Shown here piece by piece: positions 61,500 to 64,000 of a stretch of 64,000 bases of DNA (position 1 is its first letter; each line of letters opens with the position of its first letter). The stretch is taken from assembly GCA_044892505.1 (NCBI GenBank), contig CM097883.1:275900001-275964000 (forward strand). Reading direction: 5' to 3'. The translations under genes were made by a program, and so were the position numbers. The notes beneath the pieces were generated by a model. That model made no database searches, had not been told where the DNA came from, and saw only the letters and a list, made by a program, of their open reading frames with translations. Origin of the DNA: Schmidtea nova. Taxonomy: Eukaryota.

Positions 61500-62267
61500 T
61501 GTTGAGGTTAGTATAGAAATGAAGAAAAGTAAAATAAAAGCTAAAAGTAAAAAGATTCTTAAAAATCAAGGAAAACAATAAAAGTGCAAAAAATTAATTG
61601 AAGTTTATTGAAATTGAAAATTAGTATTGATTGGGGATAATGGGTATGGTTGAACGCCAAATCATTTGACTAACCAAAAAATGATAATAAAAACTTATTG
61701 AAAATTCACTGAAAAAAGTTACAACGAAATACCAGACTAATTAAAATTAATTAATCTGTCAATCTGAAGCCCGGGCCAATGTGGAGAATCCTAGCTGTGA
61801 GGAAACCTAAAGTGGCAGATCAATGATAAAAAGCCTCACAAATACCTTGATTATTTGTTTTTAAGGTAATTAGTCCCGAAATTTCTGGAATAATTCCTCA
61901 ACAACAATTAAATGATTATTATAGGAAAATAGAAAAGGTTGGCAGCAGAGAAACAAAAGACCATTGATTGAAGATATTAAATCAAAACTAGAGTACGGAA
62001 ATTAGAAAAGAAGTAATGCTGGAAGAGGGAATAATTATAGTCAAATTTCATATTCAAAAGTAACGTTCCAAAAAAGACTATTACTCCTTGGGCAATCTGC
62101 CTTCACGTTCGTAGTGACTGAAAGACAAGTTCAAATTAGTGACAACTTGTAATCTATTTTGGTTTATCAATAAATTGTTCTGTGTTGGGTGCGTGCTATT
62201 GATTTATATAAATAGAAAGGGCATGGGGAGTCAGAGTTGAAATGACCTAGTAATTAAGAACCTAACA
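61500..62267 (+). mobile_element. Solo LTR (768 bp), same family as 36042-36778
   Basis: TGTTGAGG...CCTAACA ends; 4-bp TSD AATT (61496-61499, 62268-62271); AATAAATTGTTCTGTGTTGGGT is identical to the reverse complement of 36116-36137. Confidence 0.75.
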
Positions 62268-64000
62268 AATTTAATATATTTTTGAGATTTCTTTAATTTC
62301 TAAAAAACAAAAAATGAGTCAGAGCAAGTATTGATACAAATAACCACTGGTTAAATTTAGTAAAAATCAAACCGACGCATTATGGTTTTACAACTTATGT
62401 ACAAACTTATGACGCAATCATATTTATTATATTTGTTGAGTTATTGGGTTGCTGGTGAAATATATATTTAGCAATTAATTATCTGACTCCAAACGTGTTT
62501 TATTTGACTCACAAAATAATTTTCAGATAATAAAAACCTTTATTGATTATCAAAAATAGCTACACAGATTACAATGACACGACCAATTAAATATCACCAC
62601 ATGTTATTATACAGTGCTTATTGCGAAACTTCGTGAAGGAAGGTAATAAACTTGATAAGCTTCGACTCTACTTACACAATTAATTCTTGTTTTACAACGT
62701 TTAATTTAATCTTTTTATATTTTCTTTTGATTCCACGTTTTCCCATGATACAACTCTATTTGACTCAATAAGTTTCTTTATCAGTTTCCTCTACCACAAA
62801 TTTTAATTTCTTCAATTTAACTTCTAAATTATCTGCTATGGTTTCTCTATTTATAACTTGTCATTTTCTGGTACTTGAGATTATTTTTGTTTTCCAATTT
62901 CTTTGTCTCCAGCATACTCCATAATTTCTTCATAGTTATTGCATTATCTTTGACAGCTGTCAAGATTTGCCATTTTTACTCTATAAATTCCCTCCTCAAA
63001 ATCATTTTATTCATTTATAAATTCTTAACACATTTTTATCACATTATTATTAGAACTTTGACCGTCAAACAAAATTTTAAGAAAATGCAACGCAGACTGA
63101 TTCAGTGATGAGAATTATACCAATGAAAGCATACAGTTCCGCGTTTTGAAGGGAAGGAATCTAGTGCCAAACAGTTTTTAATAATATATTACTATATTGT
63201 TTATATATGATATTAATCTGTTTACTATATGCTTTAAACTATCAACACAAAATACCTATTGGAATCATTTTTTCCTTTCAATTTGTCATCACCGAATTAT
63301 AAGTGACATGGCAGTCAAATAGTCAAGTATTCAATATAAATTTTAAAGTTTCATGTCAATAAATTTTTTATGATTTTTATACAAAAATTTTACTATTTAA
63401 ATGTTAAAAATTATTTAATTATTTAAAATCAAAGTTTCAGCTAATTTTTTGTCAATAAAAATTATCAGCAATCTACTTTTTCTAAACTTTAGCGCAAGAG
63501 AAGTTTTTTAACAAATATATTAAGTAAATCAAATTTAGATTACTACATTTCATGTATTAAACTAAATTTAGATTTAAATAAAATAAAAATCATGTCAAGA
63601 TAATATTTTAATAACAATAATTAAAAACCACGGGTAAACATTATGAATAGAAAATATCCAATCCAATATTGTTATCAAAAATATGATATTTCACTATATT
63701 AGTACAGTAATAACATTTATCATAGAATTATTGCTATATATTCGTTAATAGGGTTTTAACGACCATCGTTCATTCGTATGACGCGTGTACTTCTATTTTA
63801 AAGTGTTAGTTGTTGAAAATCGTAAATAGGAAAATTATATAAAACACTTAATGTATATTATTGGTTAAAATCACTACGCAATCGACATTATTAACATCCC
63901 TGCATTAAATGATGGCAATATATCAAATTTTGTTATCTAATAGTGTTTTTTAAATTAACTTTATAAAATTTTTTATAATTTAATTTTGACAGCAATTTCT

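Overview
Strongly AT-rich eukaryotic (animal-like) genomic DNA with 43-54 nt GT-AG introns and several N gaps. There are no prokaryotic features, tRNA/rRNA genes or CRISPR arrays. One intact host gene is recognisable: a 4-exon GCNA/ACRC-type SprT protease (7395-10257). Almost everything else is nested mobile DNA. (i) Three Ty3/Gypsy retrotransposons of the CsRn1-like clade (CHCC gag knuckle, tRNA-Leu PBS) plus several solo LTRs. (ii) Tc1-, hAT- and MULE-type MITEs with readable TSDs. (iii) A decayed Polinton/Maverick pPolB region (27.0-31.4 kb) with a small spliced gene. (iv) A 12.3-kb Polinton-derived element (39358-51660; AGTAG termini, 6-bp TSD TTCATC) that is almost entirely one palindrome: two head-to-head pPolB arms around a ~250-bp spacer and no integrase, capsid or ATPase. 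It looks like an integrated copy-back (snap-back) defective genome. (v) TG...CA-bounded cassettes with 4-5 bp TSDs that carry cargo: one holds an in-frame chimera of TRAPPC5 and RRM1 fragments, and another holds an orphan basic coiled-coil ORF downstream of co-varying hairpin triplets. All coordinates, counts and family assignments come from manual reading; no database search or folding program was run.
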